Below the pieces are notes generated by a model. The model made no database searches and was not told the origin of the DNA. It saw nothing but the letters and a program-made list of their open reading frames with translations. Below, one piece after another: positions 18,706 through 27,196 of a DNA stretch of 64,000 nucleotides (position 1 is its first letter; the number at the start of each line of letters is the position of its first letter). The position numbers and the translations under genes are program-made. The stretch is from Alphaproteobacteria bacterium (GTDB lineage Bacteria; Pseudomonadota; Alphaproteobacteria; GCA-2731375), in NCBI GenBank assembly GCA_021776235.1, contig JAJFGG010000011.1:38248-102247 (forward strand), given 5' to 3'.

Positions 18706-19781
18706 TTCGCACCTACCCGGTATTCGTCCGCCATAAACATCATGAAGTCGTCGTCGTCGGCGCGCATATGGCAGTCGTTACAAAATTTCTGTATGCCCTG
18801 ATCGGCGCGGACCATTCCGCTGGGCATAATCATGGCATAGTGCCAGCCGCCTGAATCAGGCAAGGCACCCTGTTGTTTCTTTTCCATGATGAATAACGGC
18901 CCGACGCCGTTGCGTCCGTCGTGATGCTGGACGAAGCCTTCCTTGGCAACGATCGAACCTACGGGCATTTTGCTCAGATCCTCGTAGTTCCGATAGACCG
19001 GCGCGGCCACGGCGTTGGCGTAGTTCAACAGATAACGGGAGCCGTGCGCCTCCGCCGGATAGGGACTGATGCTAAAACGCATCCAGCCACGGAATTCCCT
19101 GGCCACGGGATTGTCTGATTTCAAGTAAGCCCGGCGGATATCATCTTTCAGGCAGTCATAAACAGCCGAGGCCTCCGCGTCCGTTAGCATGGGTGGTTCG
19201 ACGGCACATGGATTGGCCCCGCCGCAGGGATTGCAGGGGTTGCAGGCCTTTTTGGCGGCGCAGGGATTGCACGGGCCGCACGCCTTCTTGGCGGCGCAGG
19301 GGTTGCACGGGCCACAGGCCTTCTTGGCGGCGCACGGATTGCACGCGCCGCAGGCCTTTTTGGCGGCACACGGGTTGCACGCACCACAGGCCTTCTTGGC
19401 GGCACACGGGTTGCAGGCGCCGCAGGCCTTCTTGGCGGCACACGGGTTGCAGGCACCACAACCCTTTTTAACCGCGCAAGGATTTGCTGCCGCTTGTTGC
19501 AGACGCGGCACCAGGCATTTGTCCGAGCCTTTGCCAGCGGCGCATGGGTTAGAGGCACCGCAGGGATTACAGGGGTTGGTGGCCTTGCGCGGACCGCACG
19601 GATTGCAGGCACCGCATTTCGCGGCCAGCCGCAGGGCTGTTTTCGGCAATGCCGTCTGATTGACCCCTGTGGCTTGTCCCGGCGCTTTGGCTGCCGACGC
19701 GCCCTCAAGCGCAAATGGCAGCGAAGACAGGGCCAAGGGAATCATGACAGAGCCCAAAAGTCGTGCTTTTCTATTCCTCAT
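18702..19781 (-). CDS. Secreted fusion protein: signal peptide, then about 8 tandem 12-aa Cys-rich repeats (NPCAAKKACGAC), then a C-terminal cytochrome P460/c'-beta-like haem domain (CNDCH)
   Basis: The repeat region has about 30 Cys as overlapping CxxC motifs. The C-terminal ~150 aa (…GWMRFSI…YRNYEDL…GSIVAKEG…GPLFIMEKK…GGWHYAMIMPSG…FCNDCHMRADDDDF) has the P460-like layout, with the single CXXCH near the C-terminus. Family call by pattern only. Confidence 0.65.
   Translation of the reverse strand: MRNRKARLLGSVMIPLALSSLPFALEGASAAKAPGQATGVNQTALPKTALRLAAKCGACNPCGPRKATNPCNPCGASNPCAAGKGSDKCLVPRLQQAAANPCAVKKGCGACNPCAAKKACGACNPCAAKKACGACNPCAAKKACGACNPCAAKKACGPCNPCAAKKACGPCNPCAAKKACNPCNPCGGANPCAVEPPMLTDAEASAVYDCLKDDIRRAYLKSDNPVAREFRGWMRFSISPYPAEAHGSRYLLNYANAVAAPVYRNYEDLSKMPVGSIVAKEGFVQHHDGRNGVGPLFIMEKKQQGALPDSGGWHYAMIMPSGMVRADQGIQKFCNDCHMRADDDDFMMFMADEYRVGAK
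19243..19460. repeat. Tandem 36-bp DNA repeat, about 6–7 near-identical copies, inside the CDS at 18702..19781
   Basis: Units such as ggccttcttggcggcgcacgggttgcacgcgccgca are repeated head-to-tail with a few SNPs. All six track frames show periodic pseudo-ORFs here (AFLAAQGLHGP… etc.). Confidence 0.85.
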
Positions 19782-20140
19782 GATCGTTCCCCCATCATTT
19801 TTCTAAGTGAAGCGTTGAATAACGAAATATTATTTAAAGTATTACCGAATTGCGGCGCCGCCTGGATATCGCGACAACTTAGCTAAGACAGTCTTCTGTA
19901 AATTATTTGCGATAATAATTATGCTTGGTTAACTTCCCGTTAAGAGCAAGTGACATTGCCATCACATATGATGAACTTGTCGTTACTGGGCCTGGCCGGG
20001 TGCCGGCTTGACTGCTAATTTTGCTGCTGGACCAGCCATGCCGCCAAGTGGCATAGTCAAGCTGGTGCGCCATCGTGGGCAGCAGAATATTCGGCACGGC
20101 GTCCTGATTGCGCCTGCGGCGACAGGAAAGGGGAAAATTT

Positions 20141-20920
20141 ATGAATTTATCAACCTTGAAAATGCAGGATACCCAGGGCAATCCGGCCCAGTGGCAGGCC
20201 CGGGTTGATCTGGCAGCGGCACACCGGTTGGCCGTAATGCACGGCCTGAATGAGGGCATTTTCAATCATTTCACCTTTGCCGTACCGGGCGCCGATGACC
20301 GCTATTACCAGATCCCCTTTGGTCTGCATTGGTCGGAAGTCAGCGCCAGTTCGTTCATGGAAGTCGGGTACGACGGCACCCTGATCAAGGGCGAGGGCGA
20401 GATCGAACGCTCCGGCTATTGCATCCATGCGCCCATGCACCGGTTATCCGAAGAGGCCGCCTGTGTTCTGCACACACACATGCCATTTGCCTCGGCCCTG
20501 ACGCGGTTGAAGGATCAACGTATCCTGCCCATTGGCCAGACCGAACTGGGCGTGGCCATGCAAACCGCCTATGACGACGAGTACACCGGCCCGGCCTTCG
20601 ATCCGGCCGAGGGGGAACGTCTGCTGGGCGCCATCGGCGACAAGAAGATCCTGCTGATGGCCAACCATGGCGCCGTTACCATCGGCAAATCCGTGGCCGA
20701 GGCCTATGACCGGCTGTATTACCTGGAACGGGTCGCACAGGTGCAATTGTACGCCATGTGGACCGGACAGCCCCTGCATGTCCTATCCCAGGACGTGATC
20801 GACAAAACCATCGCCCAGTACAAAAAGTCACCGACCTATCATGGCCAGTCCAACGCCGTGCATCACTTCGAAGCCTTGAAACGGACACTGGACCGCGAAC
20901 AGCCCGACTACAAGGTTTAG
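20141..20920 (+). CDS. Class II aldolase/adducin-family protein
   Basis: Start at ATG 20141 (MNLSTLKM…; AGGGGAAAA upstream). Motifs NHFTFAVPG, HTHMPFASAL, MANHGAVTIG. Confidence 0.85.
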   Translation: MNLSTLKMQDTQGNPAQWQARVDLAAAHRLAVMHGLNEGIFNHFTFAVPGADDRYYQIPFGLHWSEVSASSFMEVGYDGTLIKGEGEIERSGYCIHAPMHRLSEEAACVLHTHMPFASALTRLKDQRILPIGQTELGVAMQTAYDDEYTGPAFDPAEGERLLGAIGDKKILLMANHGAVTIGKSVAEAYDRLYYLERVAQVQLYAMWTGQPLHVLSQDVIDKTIAQYKKSPTYHGQSNAVHHFEALKRTLDREQPDYKV

Positions 20921-20932
20921 GGCGATTGCGAG

Positions 20933-21298
20933 CTAAGGCGGAAAACCATCCGGGAATTGGTGTTCGCCATCGGACCCTAATGGCAGGTCAATCGCTTCGA
21001 TCACCGCATCGACAGGCAAGGGCCCGTAAAGATGAGGGAATAACTGCCCGCCGCGGGACGGCTCCCACTTCAGCGCCGGGCCCAGCTTGTCGGCCGACAC
21101 GACCAATAGGACCAGACCAGCTTGCCCGGCCCGGTGTATGGCCGTGCTGGTACGGACCTGGGCATGGTTGGAAAAGTGGATGAAGCCATCGCGCCGGTCG
21201 TCCGGCGAGCCGCTGTAGACGCCTTGGGCCCGGGCCGCGCGCCAAGCCTCCGCGGGACAGCAGTGATAGACCATTGTATCGCTCATGCCGCCATCCAC
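20933..21298 (-). CDS. DUF952-family protein
   Basis: …MVYHCCPAEAWRAA…GVYSGSPDDRRDGFIHFSNHAQV…, typical DUF952 pattern. Confidence 0.6.
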   Translation of the reverse strand: MDGGMSDTMVYHCCPAEAWRAARAQGVYSGSPDDRRDGFIHFSNHAQVRTSTAIHRAGQAGLVLLVVSADKLGPALKWEPSRGGQLFPHLYGPLPVDAVIEAIDLPLGSDGEHQFPDGFPP

Positions 21299-22053
21299 CC
21301 GCCATCGACCATAAGGTTCTCTCCGGTAATATAGCGCGCCTCGTCGCTGGCCAGGAAGGCCACTGCGCGGGCCACGTCATCGGGCCGTCCCAGGCGCGGC
21401 AAGGGCGTCCGCCGTTCTGAATAGTCGAGCAATTCGGGGTCGTTGGCACGGCCGCTTTTGCCGGTAATGATCTTGCCCGGCGCCACAGCGTTGCAGATGA
21501 TCTGCTGGGCGCCATAATCCGCGGCAATCTGCCGGGTCAGATAGACCACCGCCGCCTTGCCGGTACCGTAGGCAATATCTCCGGGAGACGAAATCATGCC
21601 ATGCTGGGACGAGATATTGACAATGCGGCCCCGGGCCTCGGCCCGCACCTCCTGCGTGACCATTTGCTGTACCGCCCGTTTGCAACCAAGAAACACCCCT
21701 TTGGCGTTGACCGCCAGAACATGGTCCCATTCCGCCTCCGAGGTTTCCAGCAAGGGCTTGCTTACGGTCGTGGCGGCATTATTGATCAGCACATCCAGGC
21801 GGCCGTGGCGCGCGGCGACGCCGCTCACGACCCGGTCTAAATCATCCCAGGACGTCACGTCGCCCGGCACGAAGTCCGCCTTGCCACCCGCTTCGGCAAT
21901 CTCCACCACCGTGGGCCGGCCGCCTTCGCGCACCGCCTCGGTACGGTCAAAGACGGTGACCAGGGCGCCTTCCCGCGCCAGGGTCTGGCAAATGGCCCTG
22001 CCAATCCCCGACGAGCCGCCCGTAACAATGACCGACCTGTTCATGAAACGCAT
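21283..22053 (-). CDS. SDR-family short-chain dehydrogenase/reductase
   Basis: TGGSSGIGRA Rossmann motif, plus NNAA and YxxxK (YGTGKAAV). AAGGAG lies 8 nt upstream of ATG 22053. Confidence 0.85.
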   Translation of the reverse strand: MRFMNRSVIVTGGSSGIGRAICQTLAREGALVTVFDRTEAVREGGRPTVVEIAEAGGKADFVPGDVTSWDDLDRVVSGVAARHGRLDVLINNAATTVSKPLLETSEAEWDHVLAVNAKGVFLGCKRAVQQMVTQEVRAEARGRIVNISSQHGMISSPGDIAYGTGKAAVVYLTRQIAADYGAQQIICNAVAPGKIITGKSGRANDPELLDYSERRTPLPRLGRPDDVARAVAFLASDEARYITGENLMVDGGWMAA

Positions 22054-22065
22054 ATGGATTCTCCT

Positions 22066-22488
22066 TCAATCGTGTGCTGTGACGGTACCGCGGTTTTTTT
22101 TCAGGCTGCCGCGTTTGCGCTTGCCCTCCAACCGGCGCCGCTTGGCGCCCAGACTCGGTTTCGTGGGCCGGCGATGTTTTGGCGGCGTGGCGGCGGCGCG
22201 GATCAGATCCAGCAAACGCGCCAGGGCATCCTGGCGGTTGCGCTCCTGCGACCGAAAGCGGCTGGCGGTCAGTACGATGGTGCCCGCCCGGGTCATGCGG
22301 CTGCCGGCAAGCAGCGCCAGACGGCGCAGCAGGGCCGGCGACAGGGCCGGGCTATTGGCGGCATCGAAGCGCAGTTGCACCGCCGTCGCGACCTTGTTGA
22401 CATTCTGCCCGCCCGGACCAGGCGCCTGGATGAAGCGCTCCTCTATCTCGTCCTCGGACAACGAGATGCTGGCGGTTACCTGTATCAT
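22066..22488 (-). CDS. arfB: Alternative ribosome-rescue factor / peptidyl-tRNA hydrolase ArfB (YaeJ family)
   Basis: GGQ motif (GPGGQNVNKV) and a basic C-terminal tail (KRRRLEGKRKRGSLKKNR). Confidence 0.85.
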   Translation of the reverse strand: MIQVTASISLSEDEIEERFIQAPGPGGQNVNKVATAVQLRFDAANSPALSPALLRRLALLAGSRMTRAGTIVLTASRFRSQERNRQDALARLLDLIRAAATPPKHRRPTKPSLGAKRRRLEGKRKRGSLKKNRGTVTAHD

Positions 22489-22571
22489 GTATCTGTCCGT
22501 CGGGTTTAGCGGGTGGTTGTCTTATACGACGTCTGTTGGCAAGATCGAACTGGAATGGGAGGAAGATCGTC

Positions 22572-23207
22572 ATGATACACGAATTGAGAATTTATACCTT
22601 GTGGCCGGGCAAGGTGCCGGAATTCCTGAAGCTGGCAGAGGAACGGGCACGGGTTATCCGGGGCGACGATTACGGCAAGTGCGAGGGTTACTGGTTTACC
22701 GAATTCGGTACTTTGAACCAGATTGTCCATTTGTGGTCCTACGACGATTTGAACGACCGCCAGGATGCCCGCACCCGTCTGGGCCAGAACCCGGACTGGA
22801 CGAATGATTATGTCGCCCATGTGAAGCCCCTGATCCGCCGTCAGCAAATCCGCCTGATGCATCCCCGGCTGCCCTTGAAGGCACCGGGTAGCGAAGGCAA
22901 TATCTATGAGTACCGCTATTACCAGACCCACATGGGCGGTGCGCCCGCCTTCATCAACGCCATTTCCGAGGCCATGCCGGCCCGGGAACGCCATTCGCAA
23001 AACGTCTGCCTGTGGCACACGGAAGCGGAAAACCCCAACGAAGTTTCCCATCTCTGGGTTTATGACGATCTGGCCCATCGCGCCCAGGCCCGGGGCAATG
23101 CCATGGCTGATCCGGACTGGCAGGCCTTCCTTGGCAAGGGCGGGCAGCATCTGGTCGAGATGCAGAATTTGCTGTTACTGCCAGCAGCATTTTCGCCATT
23201 GAAATAG
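22572..23207 (+). CDS. NIPSNAP-family protein (tandem NIPSNAP domains)
   Basis: Start at ATG 22572 (MIHELRIYTLWPG; GGAGGAAG upstream). The second domain repeats the pattern (IYEYRYYQTHMG). Confidence 0.75.
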   Translation: MIHELRIYTLWPGKVPEFLKLAEERARVIRGDDYGKCEGYWFTEFGTLNQIVHLWSYDDLNDRQDARTRLGQNPDWTNDYVAHVKPLIRRQQIRLMHPRLPLKAPGSEGNIYEYRYYQTHMGGAPAFINAISEAMPARERHSQNVCLWHTEAENPNEVSHLWVYDDLAHRAQARGNAMADPDWQAFLGKGGQHLVEMQNLLLLPAAFSPLK

Positions 23208-23235
23208 CGCCGTCTTTTCTTAGCCTGAGGCTGAC

Positions 23236-24159
23236 ATGACCCAATTCAGAGAAATCGCCAGTGGCCTGCGCTTCCCCGAAGGACCCATCGCCATGCCAGA
23301 TGGCAGCGTTATTCTGGTGGAGATCGAACGCCAGACCCTGACGCGGGTTCAGCCCGACGGCCGACAGGAAATTATCGCCAAAACCGGCGGCGGTCCAAAC
23401 GGCGCCGCCATGGGCCCCGACGGCAAATGCTATATCTGCAATAATGGCGGTTTCACATGGGGTACCGACGACGGCCTTCTGCATCCCACGGGCCAGGCCG
23501 AGGATTATGCTGGTGGACGCATTGAACGGGTGGATCTGGAAACCGGCGCGGTCGAGGTCCTTTACAGTGAATGCAATGGCCACCCGTTGAGTGGGCCGAA
23601 CGACATCGTTTTCGATGGCCAGGGCAATTTCTGGTTCACCGATCTTGGCAAGGTTCGCGAGCGCGAGTTGAACCATGGCGCAATCTATTACGCGCGCTGC
23701 GACGGCAGCCTGATCATCGAGGCCATGCACCCCCTGGCCAAGCCGAACGGCATCGGCCTGTCGCCGGATGATAAACGCCTGTACGCGGCCGAAACCGACG
23801 CTGGGCGCCTGGTCGCCTGGGATATCGTGGGCGAGGGACAATTGTCTCGCAAGGCATGGCCAGCCATCGAATGGGGTGACGTCGTGATATCACCTGAAGG
23901 CAACATACGTTTCGATTCTCTGGCTCTGGAAGCCAACGGCAACATCTGTGTCGCCACATTGATGACCGGAGGCATTACCGTCGCCGCGCCGGAGGGCGGG
24001 GTTGTCGAGGTCATCCCCCTGCCCGACGTCATGACCACAAACATCTGTTTCGGCGGGCCGGGTCTGCAAACCGCCTATATCACCCTGGCGGCCACCGGGC
24101 GTCTGATCGCCATGGACTGGCCCCGCCCTGGTCTGCCCCTGCATTTTCTGAACAAATAA
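23236..24159 (+). CDS. SMP-30/gluconolactonase/LRE-family protein
   Basis: Beta-propeller-like composition: PEGPIAMPDGSV, GGPNGAAMGPDG, PNGIGLSPD, CFGGPGLQTAYIT. Confidence 0.75.
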   Translation: MTQFREIASGLRFPEGPIAMPDGSVILVEIERQTLTRVQPDGRQEIIAKTGGGPNGAAMGPDGKCYICNNGGFTWGTDDGLLHPTGQAEDYAGGRIERVDLETGAVEVLYSECNGHPLSGPNDIVFDGQGNFWFTDLGKVRERELNHGAIYYARCDGSLIIEAMHPLAKPNGIGLSPDDKRLYAAETDAGRLVAWDIVGEGQLSRKAWPAIEWGDVVISPEGNIRFDSLALEANGNICVATLMTGGITVAAPEGGVVEVIPLPDVMTTNICFGGPGLQTAYITLAATGRLIAMDWPRPGLPLHFLNK

Positions 24160-24229
24160 TTTGCAAACAACTTGGCCTGATCGAAACGGCAAAAGACCGC
24201 ATTATGCCTGTGCAGCAGGAACCGTATGC

Positions 24230-25558
24230 TTAGGGCACCGGGTGCCAAGCGCCATCCATGCCCAGAAACTCTGCGCCATCATTGCGATAGAAGGCAGAGG
24301 CGCCCGTGTCGCGCAGCACCTGCAGCATCTTTGGCAACGGGTGACCCTCGGCTTCCAGGCGGGCCGCCACCCGTTCCGGGCCCAATTGACCGAGCAATTC
24401 AAACGGACCCTGGCGCCAGCCGAAACCCCAGCGGATGGCATTGTCAATATTGACCACATCATCGCTGATTTGTGGGATCAGGTCGGCGGCATAAAGCAGA
24501 GTACCGCCCATGACGGCCCAGGCCAGACGGCCCAGAGGCCCGTCGTCAAACAGCAAACCTTCGGCGCTAAGCAGGCCGTCGGCTAGTTCCACCTGTTCGC
24601 CGGCCCGCCAACCGTCGCTGGTCAGATCGAATGTTTCCTTCACGCGGTCGCCATCGGCGGTTTTGCCCATACGGTAGAAACCCTGGCCCGCTTTGCGGCC
24701 GATTTGCCCGCGCTCCAGCATCGCCTGCGCGAAGCCGGGAAATCTGGCATGAGCCAGGCCAACATCATTCTCCGGCAGGTTCTGCCGCAGATTTTCCGCC
24801 ACCAGGGCCATTACGTCCAAGCCGATCAGATCCAACAGACCAAATAGTCCCGTCGGAGGCACACCCAGGGGTTTGCTTAAGGCGGCATCTATCTGCTCCA
24901 TGGAACAGCCCGCATCAAGCGCCGCCTGGGCCTGATTCAAACCATTGAGCAGCCAAAAGCAGCCAATCCGGTTGGCGATAAAATTCACCGTATCCTTGGC
25001 GAAGACCACCCCCTTGCCAAGGCGGCCAGCCAGGAAACCGGCCAGGGCATCCATTACCTCCCGCTCGGTCCGCGCGCCGGGGATCAATTCCACCAGCTTC
25101 ATGACCAGAACCGGGTTAAAAAAATGCGTTACCGCGATATCCCGGCCCAGACGTTCTGGCAGCCCCTCGGTAATGGCCCGCAACATGATGCCGGAGGTAT
25201 TCGTGGTCACGATGGAGCCTTCGCTGCGCAATGCTTCCACCTTGCCAAGAAAGTCTTGCTTGACCGCCAGGTCCTCGATAATCGCCTCGACGATCCAGTC
25301 GTAGTCGGCGATTTTTCCCAGATCATCGTCAAAGTTGCCCACGGTAATGCGCCCCAGGGCCTCTGCGTCCATCAACATCGGTTGCCGGCCGCCCTGCATC
25401 TTTTCCAGCGCGGCGGCGGCGACGCCGTTGCGTTCGCCTTCAGGCGCCTGCATATCCAGGAACAGCACCGGCAAACCGGTGTTGGCGCATAGGGCGGCGA
25501 TACCCGCACCCATGGTGCCAGTGCCGCAGACCGCAACGGATCTGATCTGGCGCGCCAA
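24230..25558 (-). CDS. 3-hydroxyacyl-CoA dehydrogenase-family protein (NAD-binding)
   Basis: N-terminal VAVCGTGTMGAGIA Rossmann motif, with 3HCDH-like central and C-terminal domains. Confidence 0.8.
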   Translation of the reverse strand: MARQIRSVAVCGTGTMGAGIAALCANTGLPVLFLDMQAPEGERNGVAAAALEKMQGGRQPMLMDAEALGRITVGNFDDDLGKIADYDWIVEAIIEDLAVKQDFLGKVEALRSEGSIVTTNTSGIMLRAITEGLPERLGRDIAVTHFFNPVLVMKLVELIPGARTEREVMDALAGFLAGRLGKGVVFAKDTVNFIANRIGCFWLLNGLNQAQAALDAGCSMEQIDAALSKPLGVPPTGLFGLLDLIGLDVMALVAENLRQNLPENDVGLAHARFPGFAQAMLERGQIGRKAGQGFYRMGKTADGDRVKETFDLTSDGWRAGEQVELADGLLSAEGLLFDDGPLGRLAWAVMGGTLLYAADLIPQISDDVVNIDNAIRWGFGWRQGPFELLGQLGPERVAARLEAEGHPLPKMLQVLRDTGASAFYRNDGAEFLGMDGAWHPVP

Positions 25559-25561
25559 GGC

Positions 25562-25807
25562 TTACTCCATTCCCAAAGCGTGCTTGTAGGTGTCGATCAG
25601 CGCCTCCATCTCCTGCTGATCGGCGGTATCCATTTTCCGCAGCCTGATCACCTGGCGCATGACCTTGGGGTCAAAGCCAACCGCCTTGGCCTCGGAATAG
25701 ACCTCGCGCACATCGCTGGCCAGGGCCGCCTTTTCTTCTTCCAGCCGCTCGATCCGCTCGATGAATTGCCGCAACCGATCCGCCGCGATACCGCCCACTT
25801 CGACCAT
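25562..25807 (-). CDS. DUF2312-family protein
   Basis: …LRQFIERIERLEEEKAALASDVREVYSEAKAVGFDPKVMRQVIRLRKMD…, the hallmark DUF2312 sequence. Confidence 0.7.
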   Translation of the reverse strand: MVEVGGIAADRLRQFIERIERLEEEKAALASDVREVYSEAKAVGFDPKVMRQVIRLRKMDTADQQEMEALIDTYKHALGME

Positions 25808-25917
25808 TCAATGGTGCTCCTAAATGCAAAATTATTGTTCCCGCCGCATTGATTTCCGGTGCGGCGGGCCGGACCATAACCGGCCACCGCAGACCGCGCA
25901 ATCATAGAACCCGAGCT

Positions 25918-27192
25918 TCACTCCGCCGCCCCCGCATGGGGGTTCCGCGGGTCCACGGCCCAGTTCAGATAGGGCTTGCCGTTATCGACCGGAGCCATGG
26001 TGATGCAGCCTTCGACCGGACAAACATGGGCGCACAGGTTGCAGCCGACGCATTCTGGATCAATGACTTCAAAGCGCCGTAGCGGGCCCTGTCCGGTCAC
26101 GGAAATAGCCTGATGGGCAGTATCCTCACAGGCGATGTGGCAGAGACCGCATTTGATGCATTTGTCCTGATCAATCCGCGCCACCAGTTCATAATTGATA
26201 TTCAAATCCTGCCAATCGACCAGATTCGCAATGGCGGCACCGTGAAAGTCCTGCAAACGCGAATAACCCTTGCCATCCATCCAGTTGTTCAGGCCGGCGA
26301 TCATGTCGTCGACAATCTTAAAACCGTAGTGCATGGCCCCGGTGCAAACCTGAATGGAATGGGAGCCAAGCGAGATGAACTCCGCGGCATCGCGCCAGGT
26401 TTCAATGCCGCCAATGCCCGATATGGCCATGCCCGCGCATTCCGGATCGGCGGCGATCTCCGCCACCAGATGCAGGGCGATGGGTTTCACCGCCGGCCCA
26501 CAATAGCCGCCGTGACTACCCTTGCCATCAACCATGGGATTTGGCGCCATGTGGTCCAAATCCACTGAAACGATGGAATTGACCGTGTTGATCAACGATA
26601 CGGCATCGGCTCCGCCGGCTTTGGCGGCGCGGGCCGGGGCCAGGATATTGGTGACATTGGGGGTTAGCTTGACGAGCACCGGCATTGCCGTCATGGATTT
26701 GCACCAGCGCGTCACCATCTCGACATATTCCGGCACCTGACCAACGGCTGAGCCCATGCCCCGTTCGGACATGCCATGGGGACAGCCGAAGTTCAGTTCC
26801 ACGCCATCGGCGCCGGTGTCTTCCACCGCCGCGAGGATTTTCTTCCAGGGCGCTTCCTCGCAGGGCACCATCAGTGAGACCAGGACCGCACGGTCGGGCC
26901 AGTCCCGTTTGATCTGTTTGATCTCTGCCAGATTGACGTCCAGGGGGCGGTCCGTGATCAGTTCTATGTTGTTGAAGCCCACCATGCGTTGACCGTTGAC
27001 TGCGATCGCGCCATAGCGCGAGGTGGTGTTGACCACCGGCGGATCCTCGCCCAGAGTTTTCCAGACAACGCCGCCCCATCCGGCCTTGAAGGCGCGTTCG
27101 ACGTTATAGGCCTTATCCGTGGGCGGGGCCGAGGCCAGCCAGAACGGGTTCGGTGATTTGATGCCGGCAAAATCGCAACGCAGATCGGCCAT
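25918..27192 (-). CDS. preA: NAD-dependent dihydropyrimidine dehydrogenase subunit PreA (DHOD-like domain plus 2x[4Fe-4S])
   Basis: Start at ATG 27192 (MADLRCDF; GGGAG upstream). C-terminal CIKCGLCHIACED…CVGCNLCAHVCPVEGC ferredoxin motifs. Confidence 0.85.
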   Translation of the reverse strand: MADLRCDFAGIKSPNPFWLASAPPTDKAYNVERAFKAGWGGVVWKTLGEDPPVVNTTSRYGAIAVNGQRMVGFNNIELITDRPLDVNLAEIKQIKRDWPDRAVLVSLMVPCEEAPWKKILAAVEDTGADGVELNFGCPHGMSERGMGSAVGQVPEYVEMVTRWCKSMTAMPVLVKLTPNVTNILAPARAAKAGGADAVSLINTVNSIVSVDLDHMAPNPMVDGKGSHGGYCGPAVKPIALHLVAEIAADPECAGMAISGIGGIETWRDAAEFISLGSHSIQVCTGAMHYGFKIVDDMIAGLNNWMDGKGYSRLQDFHGAAIANLVDWQDLNINYELVARIDQDKCIKCGLCHIACEDTAHQAISVTGQGPLRRFEVIDPECVGCNLCAHVCPVEGCITMAPVDNGKPYLNWAVDPRNPHAGAAE

Positions 27193-27196
27193 GCTC

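Noticed and set aside
19156-19714. Several track ORFs with periodic sequences (AFLAAQGLHGP…, RRPVARATRVPP…, PSWRRTDCT…) and a possible CRISPR-like repeat array
   Set aside because: They are alternative-frame and antisense readings of the 36-bp tandem repeat inside the Cys-rich/P460 gene. The repeats are contiguous, lie within a CDS, have no unique spacers and no cas genes, so this is not CRISPR.
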